A stretch of 64,000 bases of DNA from positions 41,416,001-41,480,000 of the forward strand of contig NC_073394.1 in the NCBI RefSeq assembly GCF_028641065.1, given 5' to 3'. This DNA comes from Leucoraja erinacea. Lineage: Eukaryota. The notes below the pieces were generated by a model that saw nothing but the letters and a program-made list of their open reading frames with translations, was not told the DNA's origin and made no database searches. Position numbers and translations under genes: made by a program. Shown here piece by piece: positions 36,501-48,500 of the stretch (the stretch's first letter is position 1; each line of letters starts with the position of its first letter).

Positions 36501-39500
36501 ATGGTGGAGTAGCAAGATGGATTCAACAGTGGCTGAATGGGAGATGCCAGAGAGTAATGGTGGATGGTTGTTTGTCAGGTTGGAGGCCAGTGACGAGTGG
36601 GGTGCCACAGGGATCTGTGTTGGGTCCACTGTTGTTTGTCATGTACATCAATGATCTGGATGATGGTGTGGTAAATTGGATTAGTAAGTATGCAGATGAT
36701 ACTAAGATAGGTGGGGTTGCGGGTAATGAAGTAGAGTTTCAAAGTCTACAGAGAGATTTATGCCAGTTGGAAGAGTGGGCTGAAAGGTGGCAGATGGAGT
36801 TTAATGCTGATAAGTGTGAGGTGCTACATCTTGGCAGGACAAATCAAAATAGGACGTACATGGTAAATGGTAGGGAATTGAAGAATGTAGGTGAACAGAG
36901 GGATCTGGGAATAACTGTGCACAGTTCCCTGAAAGTGGAATCTCATGTAGATAGGGTGGTAAAAAAAGCTTTTGGTGTGCTGGCCTTTATAAATCAGAGC
37001 ATTGAGTATAGAAGTTGGGATGTAATGTTAAAATTGTACAAGGCATTGGTGAGGCCAATTCTGGAGTATGGTGTACAATTTTGGTCGCCTAATTATAGGA
37101 AGGATGTCAACAAAATAGAGAGAGTACAGAGGAGATTTACTAGAATGTTGCCTGGGTTTCAGCAACTAAGTTACAGAGAAAGGTTGAACAAGTTAGGGCT
37201 TTATTCTTTGGAGCGCAGAAGGTTAAGGGGGGACTTGATAGAGGTTTTTAAAATGATGAGAGGGATAGACAGAGTTGACGTGGAAAAGCTTTTCCCACTG
37301 AGAGTAGGGAAGATTCAAACAAGGGGACATGACATGAGAATTAAGGGACTGAAGTTTAGGGGTAACATGAGGGGGAACTTCTTTACTCAGAGAGTGGTAG
37401 CTGTGTGGAATGAGCTTCCAGTGAAGGTGGTGGAGGCAGGTTCGTTTTTATCATTTAAAAATAAATTGGATAGTTATATGGATGGGAAGGGAATGGAGGG
37501 TTATGGTCTGAGCGCAGGTACATGGGACTAGGGGAGATTATGTGTTCAGCACGGACTAGAAGGGTCGAGATGGCCTGTTTCCGTGCTGTAATTGTTATAT
37601 GGTTATATGGTTAAAGGAGTTATATTTGTTACTGATGTTGTCAATAGATGATTTTGGATGTTCAGTTGTTTCAAATCTGCTTGGGTGTCATAGATCACGG
37701 GAAAAGGCCCTTCGGCCCAACTTGCCCTTGTCAACCAAGGTGCCCCATCTAAACTAGTCCCACCTGCCCGATTGGCCCATATCCCCCTAAACCTATCCTA
37801 GCCATGTTCCTGCCCAAGTGTTTAATACTCTGACTTTGTAAGTGCCAATTTGATTTGACTAATGTCAGCTTTAATACTAAGATTAAACGAGCTTACCAGT
37901 TTGAAGTTTGATCTTGATTTTATGAGGAGTTACGATGAGCGATTACGTGAAGAAGGGCCGTCCGTCTGCGTGCGCGTCAATCTTCAAAGCAGCGGTGTTA
38001 AATCACAGATAAAAAGAAGACCTGAGAATAGTAAGATTGAAGAAACTAGAACTTCCATGTGACCTTGATAGTATGAGGGTGGGAGTGGTGGGCACGTAAT
38101 CACTCATCGTAACTCCTCATAAAATCAAGATCAAACTTCAAACTGGTAAGTTCTCGTTTAATCTTACTATTTTACTTTGGAGTCACGTGAGTGACTACGT
38201 GAAGATTTCAAAGCTCTGTGATTTTACGCCGGTTACGAATCCAGGCGTCACACACTGAATGGATTGACCATGGATGCGTGTAAACAAGTCAAGTTTATTT
38301 GTCACATACACATACTAGATGTGCAGTGAAATGAAAGTGGCAATGCTCGCGGACTTTTGTGCAAAAGACAAACAACCAAACAAATTATAAACACAATCAT
38401 AACACACATATTCTTTTACATAATAAATAATGGAAGGAAAAACGTTCAGTAGAGTTAGTCCCTGGTGAGATAGGCGTTTACAGTCCGAATGGCCTCTGGG
38501 AAGAAACTCCTTCTCAACCTCTCCGTTCTCACCGCATGGCAACGGAGGCGTTTGCCTGTCCGTAGCAGCTGGAACAGCCCGTTGCAGGGGTGGAAGGGGT
38601 CTCCCATGATTTTATTTGCTCTGGAGTTGCACCTCCTGTTGTATAGATCCTGCAGGGGGGCGAGTGAAGTTCCCATAGTGCGTTCGGCCGAACGCACTAC
38701 TCTCTGCAGAGCCTTCTTGTCCTTGGCAGAGTAATTCCCAAACCAGTTGGTAATATTTCCGGACAAGATGCTTTCCACCGCCGCTGCGTAGAAGCACTGG
38801 AGGATCCTCGGAGACACTCTGAATTTCCTCAATTGCCTGAGGTGGTAAAGGCGCTGCCTTGCCTTACTCACGAGTGCTGATGCGTGTGATGCCCACGTCA
38901 TATCCTCGGAGATGTGGACTCCCAGATCATTAAAGCATTCAGACATTACGTAGTTAAGTAAAGAAACTGATGCTTTAAATGAAAGAAAAGTTTTTTAAAA
39001 AGTTACCCCTTCCAACCTTGGGGGGGAAACTAAGGGACAGAACTTAAAATGGTACGTGCAAACACCCCCAGTCCGGTTATGGGTTTGTTATAAAACCGGT
39101 GGACCGTTATTTCATTCGTCCATCCTGCAGCCACTAGGATGTCGTCAAGGGGCACGTCCATAGATCTTGCTGCCGACGTAGATGCAGCCCTGGTGGAGTG
39201 AGATTTAACCATATAAATGTTTACTCCTGCTACCGCCATTACCTCTTTTGACCATCTGGAGATGGTTTGAGTTGACACCTTTTGGTGTGTTTTTTTTATG
39301 GCTGATGAGGACCGATTGTTCTGAGCCTCCGTAACTCTCAGATAGCGGTGTTAGTATGTTACCACCCACACAACCGTTGGTCCTCTGGATATGCCAAGAA
39401 CTGGATCTCCATCCCTGGCATTCCTGGCCTGCTCTGTTTATCAGGTTCCTGATTAGGAATGTTATGTTGTTCATATTGGTGGTCATGTAGTCCAACCGTA

Positions 39501-42500
39501 GCTTTTGCAATGTCTGGACTCTGTCAGCATACCACCTTCAGGGTTAGTTATAGGCGCTCCCCACTGTCAAAGTAGGATTTGTACCATGCTCACATCCCAT
39601 GTGTCAGTGTACCTTTGCCTTGGAGGTCTTAAATTGTAAATTCCCTTCATGAATTTTGTTGTAAAGGGGTGCGTTCCATATAACAATTACAGCACGGAAA
39701 CAGGCCATCTCGACCCTTCTAGTCCGTGCCGAACACATAATCTCCCCTAGTCCCATATACCTGCGCTCAGACCATAACCCTCCATTCCCTTCCCATCCAT
39801 ATAACTATCCAATTTATTTTTAAATGATAAAAACGAACCTGCCTCCACCACCTTCACTGGAAGCTCATTCCACACAGCTACCACTCTGAGTGTAAAGAAG
39901 TTCCCCCTCATGTTACCCCTAAACTTCAGTCCCTTAATTCTCAAGTCATGTCCCCTTGTTTGAATCTTCCCTACTCTCAGTGGGAAAAGCTTTTCCACGT
40001 CAACTCTGTCTATCCCTCTCATCATTTTAAAAACCTCTATCAAGTCCCCCCTTAACCTTCTGCGCTCCAAAGAATAAAGCCCTAACTTGTTCAACCTTTC
40101 TCTGTAACTTAGTTGCTGAAACCCAGGCAACATTCTAGTAAATCTATCGAACTGTGCCCTGCTTCCGGCATCAGATAGGAGGAGAGTGCGCCTCTGGCAC
40201 TATAGATGCACTATAACTTAGTTTATAGTTATAGTACAGTTAATAGGAACTCCAAGACATCCGTTATCCGAACTGTGTTGTATTTGTTCGGACAGTCCTA
40301 TGCCTTGAAATGGCCTCCTCAGAATCTGCAGACTAACAAGTTATACGTTCATGTAGTGGATGATTGCTCCCTGTAACTGGGTTCACTAGGAGGTCCCTGC
40401 TCTTGGGTACAGCCATTACTGGCTGGACTATAATTCCCAACATTTTTGGGGACCAGGCTTGAGTAGGCCAATCTGGCACTACCAATATGCCTGTGGCTTA
40501 GTCTTGCTTGATTTTTGTCAAGCATCGGTTTGTGAGACAAATTGGCGGAAAGTATACATAAACATTCCTCCCCAATTGAGGGAGAAAGCATCCACTGCCT
40601 TGCTCCTGGATCCAGCTCGCAGGACACATATCTGGGTAACTAATGGGTAGTCTAGAAGCAAACGGATCAACATCTGGTATGCCAAATCGTGTATTTATTT
40701 TGTTAAATACTGCCTGATTCAACATCCATTCTGTGTTGTTATTAAACATTCGGGATCCAGCATCTGTCACCGTGTTATATCTACCTCGTAGATTTCCCAA
40801 ATATTCCTCTCGATTCACCAGTGCCAAATGAGGTTCGACAATCTGTCATAAGATACAGATTTTACACCACCCTTGTTAATGGATATGTGACACCACAGTG
40901 GTGTTATCAATCTGAATTTGAACAAGCACCGGTTGTATATTGCTACAGAAACCCTTGAGTCCATATTGTGCCCCCAACAATTCTGGGTAATTGATTCCAT
41001 ATGTTGGGGAATTACAGACTCCTGCTCATTCCATCTGCCCCCACAGCTCTAGACTGTGTTGGTGGCTCCCCTTAGCCGCTGGCATAGGTCTGAAGAACCC
41101 TCAATGGCTTTCAAGCAAAATTTCCCTGAGCTGTCTCCCATTCGTTATCCACCATAGTTATTCAACAATGGCCTCTGCTGACAATCCAGTTTTGCCAATT
41201 CGGCCTGCATGTAATCTGAGTGTTCGTTCCTTTGCTTGCTGTAAGTTCTGGTAATGCAAAGGCCCGTACTGCTGGGAATGCAGCTACTATTTCCCAATTA
41301 CACTCGCTGTTTGCCTGATAGATGGCTAGTATTTGACTATCAGGTCATAGCAGGCTTGATTTATATAGTCATTTGCCCCTAGGCAAAGTCACCAACATAT
41401 TTACTGTTTTTGATAGTAAATTCTAGGTAATCAATTACCCTTGTAGGTGTCAATTTTGATTTAACTGGATGGATGAGGTAAACAATTCTATCAAACAGGG
41501 TTTTGGTTTGCTTGACTGATGCTTCTGCCAATTCTTGGTGAGTCCAAAAACAAAAATGTCCTCCAAATATGCCATTACCATGTGGTTTTGAGACCTTTGT
41601 AGTCCCAGAATTGGTTTCCGTAGTTTAGTCAATAGTCTAGGAGCTGATGAAAACCCATTTGGCAGAGCCATGCCATCCAGTTAAACTTCAAATATCTCCT
41701 GTTCTTAATGAATAGACACCGAATACTATGCATCTTTGAGGTCGATGCATGCCATGTGACCATTTTATAGGAAGCTCCTATAAAACAGTAGTTAGACCGT
41801 AACAAAAAATTGCTGTTTCTAAAAGTCTGTACTGCACAAATGAGTTAAACCTGGATGAAGTGACATCCTCCATCTGTCACCTGTCCTGGAAGGCAATCCT
41901 GCCCAAAATACTGGGCCTGCCTTGAAGACAATTCCGGTCCAAGTTCCAAGTCTGCTTGGAACCTATGTATGTTGTGCAGTAAAAAATAATCACATGTTGT
42001 TATCTGTTTTTTAAAACCAGATCTGAAATTCATGTTATTATCATTTTGAACAAAAACACAAGAGTAAATTACCAACATGTAACTGGTCCACAATCCCTTG
42101 TTTCAGTAAACCCAGACCCACCTACCTTCATGGCTACCGGTGGTCTTGTGGTAAGCCCAAAGGCCCCTGATGCGGGTTCCTTTTCGCTCCTTGATTGGGA
42201 GTAGGACTGGTAGGGAGTGTGGATTCCATGTTTCTCCTGACCTCTGCTTGGGTCTTGGTCTGAAAACCTCATCATACTGAGCCTGCCTTGTCGGACAATT
42301 CTGGCCATAATTCTGAGTCTGCCTTGAAAGACGACTGATCATATTTCCGTGCCCAGCTTTCAAGCTACCACCGGCTTCAGTGAACTGCTTACCCCCTATG
42401 GAGGTGTGGGGTGTGTTGTCGCCTACTGACGAAGTTTTGCTTGTCGTTGGTACCTTGATTGATCCGACAGCTTTTGCTTCCTTCTTCTGGTCTTACCTGA

Positions 42501-45500
42501 AGATAGGATTCGACGGCTGGTTTCTCCAAAGTCACCCTGATAGCGCTGTTCCCTTGCCGGCATTTGTGCGGATATTCTGCCAACTGCTGTCTCTTGAGGC
42601 CATATGCATGTGCTTCAGTATGTTCATACTTTAATTCGAGATCAGTTACCTACTGATCTCGAAGCCAAATTTCGTTTGAACGTTATGTGAGGTTCAAATG
42701 ACAAATGAATGGTATTGTATAGTATTGTAATTCAAGATCAGTTACCTACTGATCACTCACACTCCTCTCCATTGAGAGTGAGATTTGTAGGTAGCCCTGA
42801 AAACAGGGGCTGCCGCAGGCCCCTGAGGATACCTGCGCTGACATGGCCCCTCCAGCGGGCCTAAATGAGATTCTTGCTTTGGGTCAGACTGAAACTGACA
42901 GTGAATGCTCCTCTCCTCAGAGCAGGAGACATTTTCTAGATCTCTATCCAGGGAAGCACCCAGTGGAACCTGGGTGATTGCAGAAGTATTTCTTTTCTTT
43001 TGTGCTTATTATTTATTTTATGTAAAGCTTTTTGGTGCAAGTTAACTTAAACAGTGCTATATAAGTAAAAGTTACTTACTTCCTTTCTTCTGCTTGTCCC
43101 TGGGAAGGTCCCCCCCCCCCCCCCCCCCCCTGCTTTTGTACTCTGATTCAGAGTGCTTTCTTCCATATGTACTTCCCCCTCCAATGGGGAAGACATTGGG
43201 TTGCCCCATTATGCGAGGCTCCCGGTACTGCCTGCTGCTGTAGGCCCCGGGCTGACACAGCTCTCTCCTTAGAGCAGGTCATTGTTGGAGCAACTTCTCC
43301 AAAAGTTGCTCCTATGTGGGAGAGTCGTCCTCAGACGCTCTCCGTTGAGGGAAGGTATCCCTTTCCCTCCCCGGACTCTTCTGAGTCAATGGGTTGTTTG
43401 ACTTGCGGGTGGATTTTCCCGTACTGCAGGACCCCCAACGGAGCTCTCCTCCTGCAACAAGTCTCCTGCCGGCTCAGCTGCCGGCGCTGTGTCGGGAAAC
43501 AGTTATGGTCTGAACGCAGGTGTATGGGACTAGGGGAGAATACGTGTTCGGCACGGACTGGAGGGGTCGAGATGGCCTGTTTCCATGCTGTAGTTGTTAT
43601 ATGGTTATATGGTTAAAAACCGTAGCCCGCTACTGGGAAATGCTGCGGTCTTCGGCAGCCGACTTCCCCGCGGACCGTATCCTCGACATCTGGGCCCCTA
43701 CAAAAAGTTTCAAGCCCGAAAGAACGAGGTAAGTGATTCAACTTTCCTTACCTGCCCATCCTAACGGTCTGGAAGAACGCAGTGCCTCTCCAGTCCATCG
43801 CGCGTTGCGTTCAGACGTAATGACGCGCACGCAGACGGACGGCCCTTCTTCACGTAGTCGCTCACGTGACTCCGAAGTAAAATTAAAGGTAGACAAAAAT
43901 GCTGCGGAAACTCAGTGGGTGAGGCAGCATCTATGGAGCAAAGGAATAGGCGACGTTTCGGGTCGAGACCCTTCTTTAGACTGATGTGGGTGGGGCGGTG
44001 TGGCGTGGAAAAAAAGGAAGATGTGGAGACAGTAGGCAGTGGAAGAGCTGGAAGGGGAGGGGAAGGAGGGTGAATTCAAGGACTACCTGAAATTGGAGAA
44101 GTCAATGTTCATACCGCTGGGGTGTAAACTACCCAAGTAAAATATGAGGTGCTATTCCTCCAATTCGCTCTGGACATGGAGGAGGCCCAGGACAGAAAAG
44201 TGTGATTTGGAATGGGAGGGGGAGTTGATGTGCTGAGCCACCGGGAGATCAGGTTGGTTAATGCGAACTGTGTGGAGGTGTTGGGCGAAGCGATCGACAA
44301 GCCTGCGCTTGGTCTCACCGATGTAGAGTAGTTGACACCTGGAACAGCGGATGCAATAGATGAGGTTGGTGGAGGTGCAGGTGAACCTCTGCCTCAGCTG
44401 GAAAGACTGCTTGAGTCCTTGGATGGAGTCGAGGGGGGAGGTAAAGCAACAAGGGAAAGCACCAGAGGAAGGGGGTGATTTGGGTAGGGAGGGACGAATT
44501 GACCAGGGAATTGGTTCAGACAGTCCTTGCTTTCGCCCTCCTTCCCCTCCCCTTCAAAGCTGTCCCACAGCCTACTCTCACTGCCTCTTCCTTTCTTTTT
44601 CCCGCCCCAGCCCCCCACATCAATGTGAAGAAGGGTCTCGACACAAAACGTTCCCTATTTCCTTCGCTCCATAGATGCTGCCTCACCCGCTGAGTTACTC
44701 CAGCATTTTTGTCTACCTTCGTTTTTTCCAGCATCTGCAGTTCCTTCTTAAACATCAGGTTTAATTAAGCTCTTTTTTTATTCTGCAGATTATGGCAAAA
44801 AAGAAAATGATGTCAATGAAAAAGTCGATGAAGGTAAAAGTCTTGATTTCCAATAGTTACTGTATTTTGAATGTTTGCTTCAAATAGAAATTTAGATCAT
44901 TACACATGATCCAAATGTTTTCAAAACACAACGTGCTGGAGGAACTCGGTGGCTCAGGCAGAATCTGGAAGGAATGTTTAGTTTAGAGATAGAGCTCATA
45001 AACAGGCCCATCGGCCAACCGAGTCCGCACCGACCAACGATCACCACACACTAACAATATCCAATACTCGAGGGGCAATTTATAATTTTTACCGATGCCA
45101 GTTAACCTCCAAATCTGCACGTGTTTAGAGTGGGGGAGGTATCCGGAGAAACCCCACGTGGTCATGGGGAATGTCCAAACTCCACACAGACAGCACCTGT
45201 GGTCAGGATGGAGCCCGGGTCTCTGGTGCTGTGAGGCAGCAACTCTACCGCTGCGCCACTGTGCCGCCCGTAATCTCTTCAAACTTTACACTAGATTTAT
45301 TGGATTATTTCTTTCACAACAAAGTTTCATGTTGAATAATGTAGTTATATTTGTTACTGATGTTGACAATAGATGAGTTTGGATGTTCAGTTGTTTCAAA
45401 TCTGCTTGGGTGTCATAGATCACGGGAAAAGGCCCTTTGGCCCAACTTGCCCTTGTCAACCAAGGTGCCCCATCTAAACTAGTCCCACCTGCCCACGATT

Positions 45501-48500
45501 GGCCCATATCACTCTGAACCTATCCTATCCATGTTCCTGCCCAAGTGTTTAATACTCTGACTTTGTAAGTGGCAATTTGATTTGACTAATGTCAGGTATA
45601 ATTAAAGGGAGACAAAAATGCTGGAGAAACTCAGTGGGTGAGGCAGGATCTATGGAGCAAAGGAATAGGCGACGTTTCGGGTTGAGACCCTTCTTTAGAC
45701 TGATGTGGGCGGGGCAGTGTGGCGGGAAAAAAAGGAAGATGTGGAGACAGTAGGCAGTGGAAGAGCTGGAAGGGGAGGGGAAGGAGGGTGAAAGCAGGGA
45801 CTGCCTGAAATTGGAGAAGTCAATGTTCATACCGCTGGGGTGTAAACTACCCAAGTAAAATATGAGGTGCTGTTCCTCCAATTCGCTCTGGACATGGAGG
45901 GGGCCCAGGACAGAAAAGTCGGATTCGGAATGGGAGGGGGAGTTGAAGTGCTGAGCCACCGGGAGATCAGGTTGGTTATTGCGAACTGTGTGGAGGTGTT
46001 GGGCGAAGCGATCGACAAGCCTGCGCTTGGTCTCACCGATATAGAGTAGTTGACACCTGGAACAGCGGATGCAATAGATGAGGTTGGAGGAGGTGCAGGT
46101 GACCCTCTGCCTCAGCTGGAAAGACTGCTTGAGTCCTTGGATGGAGTCGAGGGGGGAGGTAAAGCGACAAGGGAAAGTACCAGAGGAAGGGGGCGATTTG
46201 GGTAGGGAGGGACGAATTGACCAGGGAATTGGTTCAGACAGTCCTTGCTTTTGCCCTCCTTCCCCTCCCCTTCAAAGCTGTCCCACAGCCTACTCTCACT
46301 GCCTCTTCCTTTCTTTTTCCCGCCCCACATCAATGTGAAGAAGGGTCTCGACCCAAAACATTTCCTATTTCCTTCGCTCCATAAATGCTGCCTCACCCGC
46401 TGATGAGTTTCTCCAGTTTCTCCATCATTTTTATCTACCTTTGTTTATTCCAGCATCTGCAGTTCCTTCTTGAACATCAGGTTTAATTAAGCTCTTTTTT
46501 ATTCTGCAGATTATGGCAAAAACGAAAATGATTTAAATGAAAAAGTCGATGAAGGTAAAAGTCTTGATTTCCAATAGTTACTATATTTTGAATGTTTGCT
46601 TCAAATAGAAATTTAGATCATTACACATGATCCAAATGTTTTCAAAACACAAAGTGCTGGAGGAACTCGGTGGCTCAGGCAGAATCTGGAAGGAATGTTT
46701 AGTTTAGAGATAGAGCTCATAAACAGGCCCGTCGGCCAACCGAGTCCGCACCGACCAACGATCACCACACACTAACAATATCCAATACTCGAGGGACAAT
46801 TTATAATTTTTACCGATGTCAGTTAACCTCCAAATCTGCACGTGTTTAGAGTGGGGGAGGTATCCGGAGAAACCCCACGTGATCATGGGGAATGTCCAAA
46901 CTCCACACAGACAGCACTAATTAAAGGGAGACAAAAATGCTGGAGAAACTCAGGGGGTGGGGCAGCATCTATGGAGCAAAGGAATAGGCGACGTTTCGGG
47001 TCGAGACCCTTCTTTAGACTGATGTGGGCGGGGCGGTGTGCCGGGGAAAAAAGGAAGATGTGGAGACAGTAGGCAGTGGAAGAGCAGGAAGGGGAGGGGA
47101 AGGAGGGTGAAAGCAAGGACTACCTGAAATTGGAGGTCAATGTTCATACCGCTGGGGTGTAAACTACCCAAGTAAAATATGAGGTGCTGTTCCTCCAATT
47201 TGCTCTGGACATGGAGGAGGCCCAGGACTGAAAAGTCGGATTCGGAATGGGAGGGGGAGTTGAAGTGCTGAGCCACCGGGAGATCAGGTTGGTTATTGCG
47301 AACTGTGTGGAGGTGTTGGGCGAAGCGATCGCCAAGCCTGCGCTTGGTCTCACCGATATAGAGTAGTTGACACCTGGAACAGCGGATGCAATAGATGAGG
47401 TTGGAGGAGGTGCAGGTGAACCTCTGCCTCAGCTGGAATGACTGCTTGGGTCCTTGGATGGAGTCGAGGGGGGAGGTAAAGCGACATGTGTAACGTTTCC
47501 TGCGGTTGCAAGGGAAAGTACCAGAGGAAGGGGGCGATTTGGGTAGGGAGGGACGAATTGACCAGGGAATTGGTTCAGACAGTCCTTGCTTTCGCCCTCC
47601 TTCCCCTCCCCTTCACAGCTGTCCAACAGCCTACTCTTTTCGCCTCTTCCTTCCTTTTTCCCGCCCCAACCCCCCACATCAATGTGAAGAAGGGTCTCGA
47701 CCCAAAACGTTCCCTATTCCTTCGCTCCATAGATGCTGCCTCACCCGCTGAGTTTCGCCAGCATTTTTGTCTACCTTCAATTTTTCCAGCATCTGCAGTT
47801 CCTTCTTAAACATCAGGTTTAATTAAGCTCTTTTTTATTCTGCAGATTATGGCAAAAAAGAAAATGATGTCAATGAAAAAGTCGATGAAGGTAAAAGTCT
47901 TCATTTCCAATAGTTACTGTATTTTGAATGTTTGCTTCAAATAGAAATTTAGATCATTACACATGATCCAAATGTTTTCAAAACACAAAGTGCTGGAGGA
48001 ACTCGGTGGCTCAGGCTGAATCTGGAAGGAATGTTTAGTTTAGAGATAGAGCTCATAAACAGGCCCATCGGCCAACCGAGTCCGCACCGACCAACGATCA
48101 CCACACACTAACAATATCCAATACTCTAGGGACAATTTATAATTTTTACCGATGCCAGTTAACCTCCAAATCTGCACGTGTTTAGAGTGGGGGAGGTATC
48201 CGGAGAAACCCCACGTGGTCATGGGGAATGTCCAAACTCCACACAGACAGCACCTGTGGTCAGGATGGAGCCCGGGTCTCTGGTGCTGTGAGGCAGCAAC
48301 TCTACCGCTGCGCCACTGTGCCGCCCGTTATCTCTTCAAACTTTACACTAGATTTATTGGATTATTTCTTTCACAACAAAGTTTCATGTTGAATAATGTA
48401 GTTATATTTGTTACTGATGTTGACAATAGATGAGTTTGGATGTTCAGTTGTTTCAAATCTGCTTGGGTGTCATAGATCACGGGAAAAGGCCCTTTGGCCC

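Larger units (their letters stand above)
37874..43881 (-). mobile_element. DIRS1-like tyrosine-recombinase retrotransposon, full span, coding region degenerate
   Basis: RT ([17 protein letters not shown]), RNaseH/MT-like ([17 protein letters not shown]) and YR ([21 protein letters not shown]). Terminal inverted repeats plus an internal complementary region at 38102-38205. Confidence 0.88.

Noticed and set aside
35615-37531. Host protein-coding gene or domesticated RT
   Set aside because: It is a 5'-truncated CR1 ORF2 with a non-ATG ORF start, a LINE tail and a near-identical partial copy nearby.
39030-39278. Phage or bacterial integrase gene
   Set aside because: It is the tyrosine recombinase of the surrounding DIRS retrotransposon.
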